From assembly GCA_973851085.1 (NCBI GenBank), contig OZ316776.1, positions 62,001 to 126,000 on the forward strand: 64,000 nucleotides of DNA, read 5' to 3'. This stretch comes from Ptychomitrium polyphyllum. Taxonomy: Eukaryota. Of the stretch, positions 1-12,875 are shown in pieces (the stretch's first letter is position 1; every line of letters begins with the position of its first letter). The notes under the pieces were generated by a model. It saw nothing but the letters and a program-made list of their open reading frames with translations, made no database searches and was not told where the DNA came from. The translations under genes were made by a program, and so were the position numbers.

Positions 1-1500
1 CAACCTACAAATGTAATTGGAAAATGCTCTATTACCTAAATCACATATTCTTTGTACTTCACTTTTTCCTCCTTTAGGTATTTGCTCATTTCTTTCACAT
101 ACGCTTGCATATGCTCACCCATAAACTTTGCCACTACAAAATCCTCCATTTGTATACACTTAGCCACTGCATAGAACAGATTTTTCAAGCCATACTTCTC
201 TTCTTCCGTCTAAACCATTCTAATTGTCAAACATCAACCATCAAATAGATGAGGGTTAGTTTAACTAATAATTAACATCCGGCATTGCCACCAACATTTG
301 AAAGTATAATTAATAGCATAATAAATTATAGATTTGAAATGTCACCAGATTGTATTGCAAAATGGCTCCACATAAGGCTAAGCGCAAATTCATATTAGCT
401 TTCTTAAACACCACGTCCAATGTCTCTCTTCCAATATTGTCAAAATAGACATCTATTATGTTAAGAAAGTGCCTACATAATGACACAAAGCTTTCTACAC
501 CAAATTTTAATGCAACGAAATTAAATTACCAACCAATCAAGTTCATATACTCTTCCTTCAAATTAAAGAAAAGAATGCCATATAGAAGTCTTCAATATCT
601 CACTTGTCTAGAATTGCAGACAAATCCTTTTTTTTCTTGTACTTGAAAGCATTGTCAAAGCCTAACTTCGTCTTCAGTAATTCGACCTACAACTTATGCA
701 TATAATGGTTTGATGTAGATGGGCTATTAGGTATAATCTACTTGTACAAGAGTAGTTCTTAAAACATTGTAATGGACTACTACATGCAACACATACAAAC
801 CTACAAACTATCTCACAAATAGAAACCACGCTGATAAAGTAAACTTGAGACAAATTAAAAGTCAACTCGTAATCACAAATAGATATGATTTCACCTTTTC
901 ATTTGAACCAGGGCTTCCTAAAGCACAACAACCATAGAGTAATTGGCCAACAATTTGGCCAATTGTGCTAGCATTTTGCTGATACAAATATTTGCTTTTC
1001 AAACATCAGCTTTTCAATGAGTTTCAAATCCACCCACGCCATGAATCCACACATACTTATTTTCAACACAATTAATTCACACAATCAATAAGATAATCGA
1101 TTGTAGTTTAATGAAAAAATTTATTACTGTGAAATTCCTTGGAAAGCACTATTGTCTTATACAACATGAATAATAAATGCAAGATAAATTTTGCAAAAGT
1201 AAGATGGGATAAGAGTATATTCATCCAAATTTGATGTACGAGTTATAGCTTACAGGCAATGAATTGAGATTCCTATTTAAGAGAGCATTATATTGAAAAT
1301 AAAATGATCCAATAAGTAAGACTCACCAAGTACATCCAGATAGCAGGAGGGTGGTGCTTGAGATGTATCTACCTTCTACACGCCCTGCCCCTTTGATACA
1401 ACAATATATCCAACTATCATATCACCAATTTTGAATTCAAGGTTTGCGGACATTACCACCTCGTCAACAACACCACCCCTCATGGATTGCATGACAAAAG
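1..1500 (-). pseudogene. Spliced NADP-dependent 2-alkenal (double-bond) reductase pseudogene; runs off the window start
   Basis: Manual minus-strand translation gives ordered exon remnants: MRGGVVDEVVMSANLEFKIGD...YLDVLG|gtgagt (~1325-1500); GMCGFMAW...IFVSA/STIGQIVGQLLYGCCALGSPGSNEKV (~890-1055); IDVYFDNIGRETLDVV...LALCGAILQYN (~345-455); GLKNLFYAVAKCIQMEDFVV...YLKEEKVKYKE (~1-210). In-frame stops and a frameshift are present. Confidence 0.8.
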
Positions 1501-1779
1501 CCAAATTGGAATGTCAAATATTCTTCAAGAACCAATGATGACCAAAAATCCAACCATCTATAGTTAGTTCAATGTTTTTTTAAAAGACATGCCAAACATA
1601 AGATAATGAAGGTACACAAATTTGGACAGTAATATGTGAATTATAAATTAGACATTAGAAGTCAAGTGTGCAGCTTTGAAAAACCTGACCTATCCTACTT
1701 GATATGACCCAACTCTAAGAATGTCCTCTTGCGCTATGAATTCACATTAATATTGATTAAAGAAGATGTACAAGAATTT

Positions 1780-3390
1780 AAAAACCACATTGTTGGAATC
1801 AGGTTGCATGTGAACTAAAATAAGCTTCCACTAATCTGAAGACTCACTTTATTCACACATCCCTTATTGTATGTAATTCTATGATTTGCGTTGTAGTTAA
1901 AGATTATGTATGCATAATTTGGAGTACTTACTTGAAAATCTATTATGGCTTACAATTGATTGATGATCATGGTATTTGGAAGTGAAGTACTAACGGGCTA
2001 ATTTTCTAAATCAACACTAATGGCTAGCTTGCATATAAGACTAAGCAACTTAGTAGCCCTAATAAGACTTTATCGATCTCAGCTATCTAGTAATACAAAT
2101 TATGATCATAATTAATTAAAATTGGAAATTTATAAACAAATTGACTAACAAGCTCTGATTTCATGCTATAACTACTGGGCTATTGTTGCTTTGGAATTGC
2201 TGTATCGTAGCAAAGACTGCTGCCAAGCTGATTCCTTTGCGACTGCCACATAGGTGCTGAAAATTCCGTTGTGGCTGTCACAATTGTTGTTATACCATTG
2301 CAGGGCTGCCACATAAACTGATTCATTCACGACTACCACGTAAGTGCCAAAGATTCCATCGTGGGCTATCCGCTGTAGGGCTGTCCCACAAGCCTAATTT
2401 TCTTACAAATACTATCACCAGGGTCGCTGCTTCCATCACAGGCTATTGCACAAGCCCCAGCATTTCTTCGCAAATACTACTAGGATTCTGCTATTTTTAA
2501 GCTTTGTTGCTGCTTTGCACACTATTCCTACTTCCAATCTGCTGTTGCCGCCATGGCACTCATCTTGTTCTTTGACTCCTTGTTTTTTGCTCAACCTCCT
2601 ACTCTTCTACTCGTCTGATAAGGTATAATTTCCCCCTTTGCAAGCTCAGGAAGAAGGGAATAAAAACAACTACAAATTTCTATTTAAATTAGGGTTGTCT
2701 TCCTCTTCTACACTCTTATAAATACTTGCTAATTCTTACTCCACCTATTTCTTCATAAAATTGTTGCATCAATCTTAATTCTTGAAATTTTGTATTTCCA
2801 GGAATAAACTTAGTATAAAAGGGGGTTAATGTTATTAAGCTACCGGATGTTATATTCGATATAACCGGATTTTTTCTACTAATCTTCTCCTAGCGGTACT
2901 ACCGGACATCTTCCAGAATAACTATTGGATGATAGTGGTAGTTTGTTAGTTCAGACATACAAATATAGATTTACTTTTATAGGATCTTGAATCTAGTATT
3001 TAAACCCTCAACCAAGAGAATTAAGGGTGTATTGTATTTGGCTTTTTTTATAAAACAAGTTATACACTCCATTCTCTGATTCATTTATTAGTTTTATTCT
3101 TGAATATATGATTATATGCGCGTTTTTCTATTCTAGCAATTTCTATAGTAGTTTATAGTTTTCTTTTTAATATTACCATAACTCCTTGATTTTATAGTAT
3201 TAACTATAAATTTATATAGATTTTTTTTTTAGATTTAGATTCTCTAGTAAGAAACTACCAAGCTTCAATGTACTTGGTAGTTATCAATCATAATACTGGT
3301 GTAGCTGATCTTTCTTAAATAAGGATTTCCAATAAGAAATTACCAAGTTATCAATTATCCAGTAGTTACCAACCTTAACCGTTACAAACC
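1780..3390 (+). mobile_element. Degenerate 3' part of an LTR retrotransposon (probably Copia): decayed RNase H end, ~90-bp degenerate repeats, PPT and LTR (~2830-3390)
   Basis: Purine tract aaaaggggg precedes tgttattaag at 2830. The segment from 2830 aligns in reverse with ~29545-29893 and ~28240-28400. Repeated ctgattc..cgactg/accac units occur at ~2228 and ~2318. Confidence 0.45.
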
Positions 3391-4301
3391 ATAAGAAATG
3401 GCATTAGAAAGCTAACAATAAGATCTATCATAATATGAAATGAAATGAATGACTTAATCAAAATTCAAGGACTAATTAGGGCAAGATTATTACTTATTAG
3501 ATTAGTGATTTTTGCCACTTAAATCCTAAATACACACTTCCAAACCATAGATTAGCAACTTAACATTTAAATCTCCTAAAATCCTTAGCGTGCACCTAAA
3601 GTACGTTTATAACCCTTATGTGCACTTTGTATATCAAATCTGATTGCTCAATATTTTATTTGGACTAGAATTATTTTAGAAAAAGCCCAAAATTTTGAAG
3701 TGACTTTAAGTCCATCCTTGAACTAGCAACTAGAATCAAAATTGAATCCTTGTATGGAATCAAAAAATCAAACATAGCACGCATCTTATGATTGCCAAAT
3801 TATTACAACTCCTTAATTATAGCCTGCAATATGTTTTATTTATATTCACTAAATTATAAGATAAAAACACTTGGATACCAAACTTCATAGACTTTGTAGT
3901 ACACTAGTGAAAACCTTGCCATGTTGCTAACCAGTACAACTGCACGTTGGATACCATGGTTTATGACACTACCACATGCCACCATTATGAATTGTGTTCA
4001 TTGCTTTTTTGTAGAAAAAAATGAGTTGGGTGAAGAAAAAGGCATTTGCATATTATAAGTGGAAAAGAACCACAAAGAACATATGTAATAAATTATTGAC
4101 TACAGTGCATGTGAAATTCCAAAATTGCGCAAGGACCATTCTAAGTTCCAAAACAAAACATAAAATGCATGGGAATGGAAAAAAATAAAAGATGTGAGAA
4201 TGAAAGACCTTCTTAAGATGGCCTTAAAAGTCAAAGCATTCTAAAAGAAGTAACAACTTTGCTTTAGGAGCATATCTTTCCTACAATCAATGGTTCATTT
4301 G

Positions 4302-4916
4302 TATTAAGGACACAAGAAACAAGAAGTAGAATCAAAGTGTTTCCCAAGTATTAGCTTCCAAAAAGCTAATGATTAACAAGAACTTGATACAAAGACTAGA
4401 ACAAGGCAGGATTCAAGATGATCCACAATTTGTGTTGGCAAGACTAAGCAATACCTTGTCTTGCCTCCTATTTATACTATGATATTTGTACCTCCTAGGA
4501 TACTTCTAAAAAAGCTTCCTACAAGGCTTAAGAATGTTCTAGAAGTCTAAGGAACCTTCCCAAGAAGTTTCCTAAGATGTTGGAACCTTCCTAAGATACT
4601 TCCAAGGAGTTGGAATCTTCCTTGGAAGTTTCCTAAGATAGCGGAACCTTCTTAGGAAGTTTCTTAAAGATGATGGAACTTTCCTAGGAAGTTTCCTTAG
4701 GTGATGGAATCTTTGTAGGAATTTTTGTAAGAAGTTACCTAAGATGATAGAACCTTCCTAGGAAGTTTCTTAAGGTGGAGGAACTTTCCTAGGAAGCTTC
4801 CCAAGAACATGGAAAGGCTATAGAGACATGTAAATGTATTCTAAGAAGCTATTATAGTATACTAGAAGGTTTTAGAATGTTCTAAGGATTATGTTGCATG
4901 ATTTATGTCGGTGACA
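4302..4916 (-). mobile_element. Solo LTR of the Gypsy/chromovirus family seen at 58795-59304
   Basis: Aligns end to end with 58795-59304. Ends in ...gtgaca and is flanked by a perfect 5-bp TSD ATTTG (4297-4301, 4917-4921). Confidence 0.9.
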
Positions 4917-5116
4917 ATTTGCATCAAATAGGCTGTCTTTGCAATATTTTCCAAGTATTCTATGCAGCTTACAAATAAAATATGAACAAATCATATGCAC
5001 GTTCAAAACATAAGGAACTAGATTGTATATAGTCTTCATTTTTTTCTGAAGCAAATGTGGCACATCATCTTTTATTTACTAAAGTAGTGCAAAAGACTAT
5101 AGAGGCAGCAATGAAC

Positions 5117-5176
5117 TATCAACCTCTGTTCTATCATACCATGAGATATCAACCTCTGTTCTATCATACCATGAGA
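5117..5176. repeat. 30-bp perfect tandem duplication
   Basis: tatcaacctctgttctatcataccatgaga x2. Confidence 0.9.
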
Positions 5177-6611
5177 ATAAATTCCACAGACAAAGCAATA
5201 TATTGCAGATTCTATGGCCCAATATATAAATGATGTTGGCCCAAAAGAATGTGTCTCAAATTTATACAAACAATGCATTGGCTATGTTAGGGGCCTTGAA
5301 GTTGTTGAGTGATAGATTCTTCAATGTGTATGTAGAAGGATGTTGTGCGCACATATTGAACTTCTTTTTTATAGGATTAGGTAAAAGATACTTTGATGAA
5401 AGAACTTGTGGCTAGAGGACAACGCATGAATAAGTACATGCGGGAATTTCATGCGCCCATGGCTTTGTTCCGCCCATTTTTGCCCAACTTACAACTCAAG
5501 ATTCCATTGAAGACACAATTTGCATGCAACTTTATAATGGTGGATTGATTAATAGAAGTGTGACATGCGTTGGAACAATGCGTCATTAATGTGGAATGGC
5601 CAACGTATATAATAATCCTAATTAACAGGGAAAAATGGACATTAAACGCTCGCTAGCCTCATCTATGCGGTATGACATTAGAGATGATCAATTTTGGAAG
5701 CAATGTGAGGATTTCATCTACATGGTGAAACCTGTTTTGTTCGCTTTAAGGATTTAGATGGTAAAAAAATAGCTATAGGAAAAATGTGGATTGTGATGAG
5801 TTAGCTAAAAAAACATGTCTTTGCCTTGCGGGAAGATCTTTTTCTAGTACCACCAACCATAGCACTGTGGCTAAAGGAGCAGTTCACAAAAAGGTGGAAA
5901 ATAGTACTAACAGATTTATATTACGTTGGTGCATTGCTAAACTTGTTTTTATTGGGGGTGGCATAGATCCAAAACAATAAAGAAGCAAAGAAGGCCTTAA
6001 ACAAGGTATTGAGGAAATTCTACGGTCTACTTCAAGTAAGCCGTGTTGAGGCAATGCAAAACCTCACAGCTTTTGAAGAATCTAGTGGCCCTTTTAATCT
6101 AATGGAAGCTCCAAGTGCATACAAGTTGAATGTACTATTACATCACTGGTAGAATCATATTGGAGCAAATGCACTTCCAATCATTGCAAAGCGCATTTTA
6201 TTGTTAATTTGCTTAGCTTTGTCGAGCAAGAGGAATTGAAGCATGTATTGTTTTGTCTGTAGCAAAGTGAGAAATTGATTGGAAATAGCAAAGGCTGAGG
6301 CTTTGGTATACATCTATAGTAATAGCAAATCATTAAAAGAAAAGCATGGTGCAAATCCAAGTGCATGGTACAATCAAATTGTTATTTCAAAGGATTTCAA
6401 TCTAAAAGATGAGATAATCAACAAATAGAGTAATGGAGGAGGTGGTGACAATGGACATGATGACAATGACAAAAGTAATTGTGCATTGCCAAATCTACAT
6501 GGCATGAACATGGGTTTCAACAATCATGTGGACTACAAACCTAGTTTGGGCAACAATGTCTTTATATTTACAGACAACAATAACAAACCTATTGGTGAAG
6601 GTAGATAAGGT

Positions 6612-7236
6612 TGTAAGGAATACAAGAAATAAGAAGTAGAATCAAAGTGTTTCCCAAGAATTAGCTTCTAAAGAGCTAATGATTAACAAGAACTTTGATA
6701 CAAACACTAGAACAAGGCAGGATTCAAGATGATCCACAACTTGTATTGGCAAGACTAAGGAATACCTTGTCTAGCCTCCTATTTATACTATAACGCTTGT
6801 ATTTCTTAAGACACTTCTAAAGAAGCTTCTTACAAGGCTTAAGAATGTTTTAGAAGTCTATAGAACCTTCCTAAAAAGTTTCCTAAGATGTTAGAAGCTT
6901 CCTAAAAAGCTTCCAAGGAATTGGAACCTTCCTTGGGAACTTCCTAAAGTGGTAGAACCTTCTTGGGAAGTTTCTTAAAGAATTAGAACCTTCCTAGGAA
7001 ATTTCTTGAGATGGTAGAATCTTTCTAGGAAGCGGTGAAACTTTCCTAAGAATTTTCCTAAGATGATGGAACCTTCTTAGGAAGTTTCTTGAGATAGTAG
7101 AACTTTCTTAGGAAATTTCCTAAAAATGTAGAAACGGCTATGGAGACATTTGAAAGTATTTTAAGAAGCTATTATGATATACTAGAAGATTCTAAAAGGT
7201 TTTTAAGACTATGTTGCATGATCTATGTCCGTGGAA
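6612..7236 (-). mobile_element. Second solo LTR of the same Gypsy family
   Basis: Aligns with 4302-4916 and 58795-59304. Flanks are AAGGT / AAGGC (4 of 5 TSD match). Confidence 0.85.
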
Positions 7237-10200
7237 AAGGCATTGGAACTAATTTCGAGGAAAATGATCAAAAAATGGCAAGAAGTGACAACAATAACAA
7301 CGGCAAACATTAGACATCCTTTACTAGTGGACAAAGATGTTCGTATAAAAATAACTATATCCAATCAAATCATGGTCCAGTTGTAAAAGATGAAACTACA
7401 CCTATACTTGAAATAAGTAAGGGAGAAAAAACTATTGGCATGTCCTTAATTGTCAAATCCGCAACTAAAGATATCATCCACTACACACCACCATGTGCAA
7501 AAAGGAAATAAAATGCAACAACAAAGTTTTATGCAGATTTAGATGGAAAAGTTTCTTTGAAATCTTTGTTTCCAAAGTTAGCTACAATATAATGTCTTCA
7601 ATGGACGCCACATTGTAGAGACTTTCAAGGAATTTGAGCAAAAATAGCGGAAATATTGTACTTCCAAAGTCAAAGGGGAATTATTAATCCTAATCCAACT
7701 AAAAGTGGTGTAGGAGCCTTTTGAAAGAGAAATTGCATCACAAGAAGAAAGAAGCATGCATAAAAATCCCAATCTGCATCCTTGCAATCTATAATAGCAA
7801 GGCCTACTATGACAAAGGCCTTCATTGGACAACATCTTTCAATCCAAAATGCAAAGATTGTAGTATTAGGGTCTTTAATTGGAAATAATATTCATCCATA
7901 GAAGTACAATCATAGTATCATGGATGATTCAAGGACAACATTAACGATGAAAATTGTCAATAATTATAATGGAAACTAATTTGATACACAAGTACAAAAT
8001 CTCACCTCAAATGTGGAAGGAGAAGTGTCACATAGTTCAATGGAGGCCATAATGATAATAAAGGAAATAATGATTTAAGCACGAAAGAATCAATGGAGAG
8101 CACGGATCTGGAAGCTCATGAGGTGTGTGATGACAATAATTATTTGCTTTATGCAAGTGTTGGTGAATCATGGAAGGCAAGGCAATTGCATAGGAAATAG
8201 ATAGCTTATTAGCTTCAGCCGGTCTTTTTAAACATGGATGTAACTACCTTTTGATGTATTTTTCAGATTTTAATATATACAAAAAAAATTATTTTATAAA
8301 CATATGTACATACTTTAATACCTTTGAATATAGTAATGATGAAGAGATTTTGCTTTCAAATAGGAGGCCTTTTGCTTATTTTTTCAAGATTAGGCTGCTA
8401 AACATCATAATTTTATATTGAAGAAGAACACCTAATTTGTGACAAAATATGAAATAATTGTCTATGCTTTGTCTACTTTAGTTGCAAAATGCTTCAATCA
8501 CAAATGCACTCGCTTTATTTACAACAACAGTTACCATTAAGGTCCTTAAGTTGACTTCATTACCAATAGTTGGTCTGGTTGTTCTCGGAATTGCAACAAC
8601 ATTCAATAGTTGATGTCGCTCATCTTGCACTCACCTTTGTTACTAACATTCATCACCATATTTCTTTTATCAAAATAAACTTCCATATTTGCCAATGGCT
8701 AATTTACAAAAGTGATCGCCAACCCGCAATTATTAGTTCATAGTTCTATTCCCACAATTGCAAACTTACTACACAAAGTTGCATCAATTGTTACTTGCAA
8801 TCACAAACCCATTGTCCGTAGTTGTGATTCTATTACTTACAATTGCAAATCCATTATCCGTTATCCAAACTTGCGAATTGGTCACTTTTTACCTCCAGGT
8901 GCATACTTATTTTAAGATGGCTAGGTAAAAATAAAAATTATAGTCAAATTGCAATAAAAATAAAAACTATAGTCATGTTGCTTGTCATGTTTATTATGTC
9001 CATTACAACCATCACGCGACGAGTTATCTGATTTTATTGGCAAAGCGTCATATTTGACAACTTTAAATAGAAGAAGTTTTATTTTATTTTTAAATTAGGA
9101 TTTATCAAAAAAATGATGTACATCTAATTGGATCTTTCCTATATAGTAAGTATAAATGAAAATTCATAAGATGTTTACAAAATAATCATCTATCAAGATA
9201 CATAGATTTAGATTCAAAAAAAAAAAATGATAAGAATTTAGCACCTTTGTTTTTATCCTTGTTCTCAAATTCAAGGTTGCCTTTGTTGGACACATACCTT
9301 GTAAGTTTCGGTAGTTATTATAAGAAATTTAGATTCACTTCATATAAACCAAGACTTCAAGGAAATGATGCAATTTAATAACAAAGAATAAATAAAGTGG
9401 CTCAATTATTTATTATAAAAATTAAAGAAGGTAGATAAAAAACCATTTAAAAATAGCACAACCTTGTATTATTCTTGCAACTAGCACACTTGGCATGACA
9501 AAGACCTTTGATGAAATTAATAGCCCAATGTTTTAAAATTAAATTCCCTAAAAAAATTGCTCCTCATATAAAACTATTAAATATGCTTTTCAAACACATT
9601 ATAATCTTGTTGAATTTGTTAGTATTAATTTAAACCTAAGTATTCAAAATATTCAAAAAACATTTAAAACCATTTTGAATTAGTTTAAGCCACTTGTTTT
9701 CAAATAAATTGAATGGCAAAATAAAATAACAAAAATATCTAAATGTATGTGTTGTTTAAATTGACAATTCAAGGATACATATTGAAAATTTAAACTTATA
9801 CCAATGTCAAGAAACTTTTGTATGCATGTAAAATACCAAGAAAGTAAATATCTATTATGGTCAAAGCATTCAATCCAAAATTTGAAATGTTAAGTGTTAA
9901 TAAATTTGTTTGATAAATAACAGTGCATTATTTATTAAAAAGCATCTAAATCAATCATTACATTTGATAATAATATGAAATTATAAAAATCATTGAAAAA
10001 GTTGAAATACTTATAATTTGAACTTTAATTTTTTTTTTAATTATTAAAAATTATTTAAAAATATTTAATAATAATATAATAAAGATGTTGCGTCATTTGC
10101 ACTTTCATAAATTTAAGCAATACATTATGAAAAGAAAAACTTTAAAAATGCTATAAAATGGATTATAAAGAGAATAATTAATACTAAGTCATTAGTATAA

Positions 10201-11559
10201 TTGAAGCAACTACAAAATTGCAACCAACAAATCTTATAAATAATGAAAAATATTGATTTTTAAATGTAATAATTAGCGTGTAATAGAGTATAAAAATTGA
10301 TATACACCACTATCAAAACAAAATTCTATTTAAGTTTCATACTCAATAATTTAGAGCGCCATTAAACACTTATTACAATATATTTGATATAATTATAAGA
10401 ACATCACATTATTGAAAAAAAAATGCCCATTAATAAAATTAAACTCCATTATATTTGGTTCTTAAATATTGAAAAAGCTAATTATCAATGCAATAAATTT
10501 AGTTAATTAATCTACCAAAACATGAAATATGTTTAATAAATCAAATAAACTTCAAGTTTTAAAGGTTGTAAGGACAGTAGGCTTATTTTTGCTATATACA
10601 TATATAAAAAAATAAGAAAAAAGAATTAATAATTATATATACATAAATCAATAATGATATTATGGCCTAAGAAGATATGAGCAAATAAAAATATCCAATA
10701 TGTATATTATATGAAGATCTATAAGGTCTACAAACTCATGTACCATGATGTTATCAACTAATATAAATTTTCTCAAAATAATAACTTTTAAAGTATCAAA
10801 GTAAATATAATTATTGACTTACTTCATTATTTTACTACTATCCAAATGCTTGATACAAATCTACAAAAAAACAACAATTTTTTTGGAATAAATAGCTCAT
10901 TTGGCATATTTACAACTATTAAACGCAAAGAAAAGGCCCTACAAGCTAATGAAGACTCCATTCATGGAATCCCTATAATTTGGAAATTAAGAAGTAAAAT
11001 TAGAAAGTTTTAATAATAAAACAATTTTATGTAATAAAAGATTTGAGTATATGTGTCTTATATTCTTATATACGCTTTCATACTCCAATGTGGTATTAAT
11101 GCATGACAATGCATAAGAAAGAAACCTTAAACTTAAATTGCCATTTGCAAAACATCTCTAACTATTACCAAAACAATTGTAACTTTACAATATTGCAAAT
11201 ATGCAATAAGTATACTAAAAGTGTATAAAATTATCAATTGCAAGAGCACTATGTTAGTATAAAAACATGTAGACAAATTAATTTAGTATTATTTTTATAA
11301 ATTCTAAAATAATAGTAATTAAAAATATTACAATAGTGTATACGTTTATTTGTTATAGTATTTTGATAAACATTATTGCATGAATACTATTGTATTGGTG
11401 AATGATGTATAGAAAGTATACTTAGATGGAAGTATAATACTGCAACAAATACTATATGAGTAATGTAGCAAAGAACGAGCAATTTTCCAATCAAAATCTC
11501 TGCACACTAAGGCTGATAAAAGTTAAGCAATGATGGCTATATATCATGAATTCTTGCAT

Positions 11560-11830
11560 AAAGGTCCATTATTGATATGGATGTTAACAAATCTATCCGC
11601 AAGCCAACAATATTCCATTATTGGTTCATTTTGCATCTAAAAATTGAGGTTTTTGTACATATTAATAATGGCCTGATTATTTGTATCTTTGTAGTGCTAG
11701 TCAGCATGTGGAAGTATGAAAAGGCTGCAAACGTGGCAAAGCATTATCACAAGGTGTTGGACAACAATGTATATGGCATTACTTAAGCCACCATTGGCTT
11801 ATTATTGTACCATGTAGAGCATTAGTGAAT
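11560..11830 (+). mobile_element. Possible highly decayed Copia reverse-transcriptase fragment
   Basis: MDVNKS (resembles QMDVKTA) followed by HKVLDNNVYGIT*A (resembles KALYGLKQA); similarity is weak. Confidence 0.3.
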
Positions 11831-12875
11831 TGATCTAATATAAGACTTTGCAGCATGTCCAAGATTTTTTTGAAGAATATGATTTGAAATGTCATGATGT
11901 ATTTTAGACATACCAAAAATAAGACTATTAGGGCTAAGAATGTGATGTATAATCTAAAGTACTAAGGTAAAATTTTCCACAAAATCAATGATTATCTTTT
12001 GATTAAGTTTAGCGTCCTTTTCTTTTGTAATATTCTTGAACAATACCAAAATCCAAGTCTTTATCACTTTCTAGCAACTTTTAATCTCCTATTTCAAACA
12101 ATTTCTACTGGCTTTATAATTATTTCTAGTAATAGAAGGCATGTCTTGGTGTATTTTTGCAATTTGGTAAAATATTTTGTAGAATGATTGATGATATTTC
12201 TAGTATATTTTTGGGCATCTTTGACAGATTTGCATAGCAAGTTTGATGCAACTTTGTTGGCCAAACGTCTTTGTAGAGTTAGTGGTCAACAAGCTTTTGT
12301 AGGTTTTTACAGTAACCTTCAACTTTTCCTCAACTCAGAAATGAATTGAGTCGTGCAAGCCTTGCCTAGAACAGCTCCTATATCTTTTGACAAGAAAACT
12401 GAAAATGCTCAAACTCACAATTCCAACTGTAACATCTTTCGTAACTCATGTAGCGTACTTGGGCAACTTTTTGTCTTCGGTACAGTACTGTAGAACTTAT
12501 CTGTATTTTACAACCAAACATTGGATGTGTGAATGATCTTCTAGTTTTGCTTTGTTGAAGTCTATGTCATATTAAAAACTTGTAAATTACAATGACGCCT
12601 CCAAATCTACCTGACGGCAATTTGAAACCTCAAACCTAAGTCCAAAAGTGGAGTTGGGAGAAGAACCAACTGATATCTAAAAGCCGATATCTGTATAAAC
12701 TTTTCTCCCATGGTTTTAGGTGCACTAAAAGTCATATCTAGAATCCCACTATTTGCAACTTCAACAATTTGCTAAACATTCATGATGAATCTGAAGATTG
12801 GATTCCATTAGTTTAGCCTGGAAGAGAAGTAGCAGAACTGCTGAAGTTGCAAAGTCTCGCTAGGTCCACAGTCTA

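Larger units (their letters stand above)
4000..6400 (+). mobile_element. Decayed hAT-superfamily transposase, interrupted by a solo LTR; boundaries approximate
   Basis: GCCAHILN (~5338-5361, hAT CxxH motif), ETQFA (~5510-5525, TRFA-like) and HHW*NHIGANALPIIAKRIL plus a decayed CERNWS-like segment (~6140-6250, hATC dimerisation domain). Many stops and frameshifts. Confidence 0.7.

Noticed and set aside
4550..4810. Regularly spaced ~29-bp palindromic units resembling a CRISPR array
   Set aside because: Degenerate tandem units with no unique spacers, inside an LTR present three times; no cas genes.
8900..11400. Very AT-rich stretch as organellar insertion or gene
   Set aside because: No ORF, RNA gene or motif recognised; consistent with decayed repeats.
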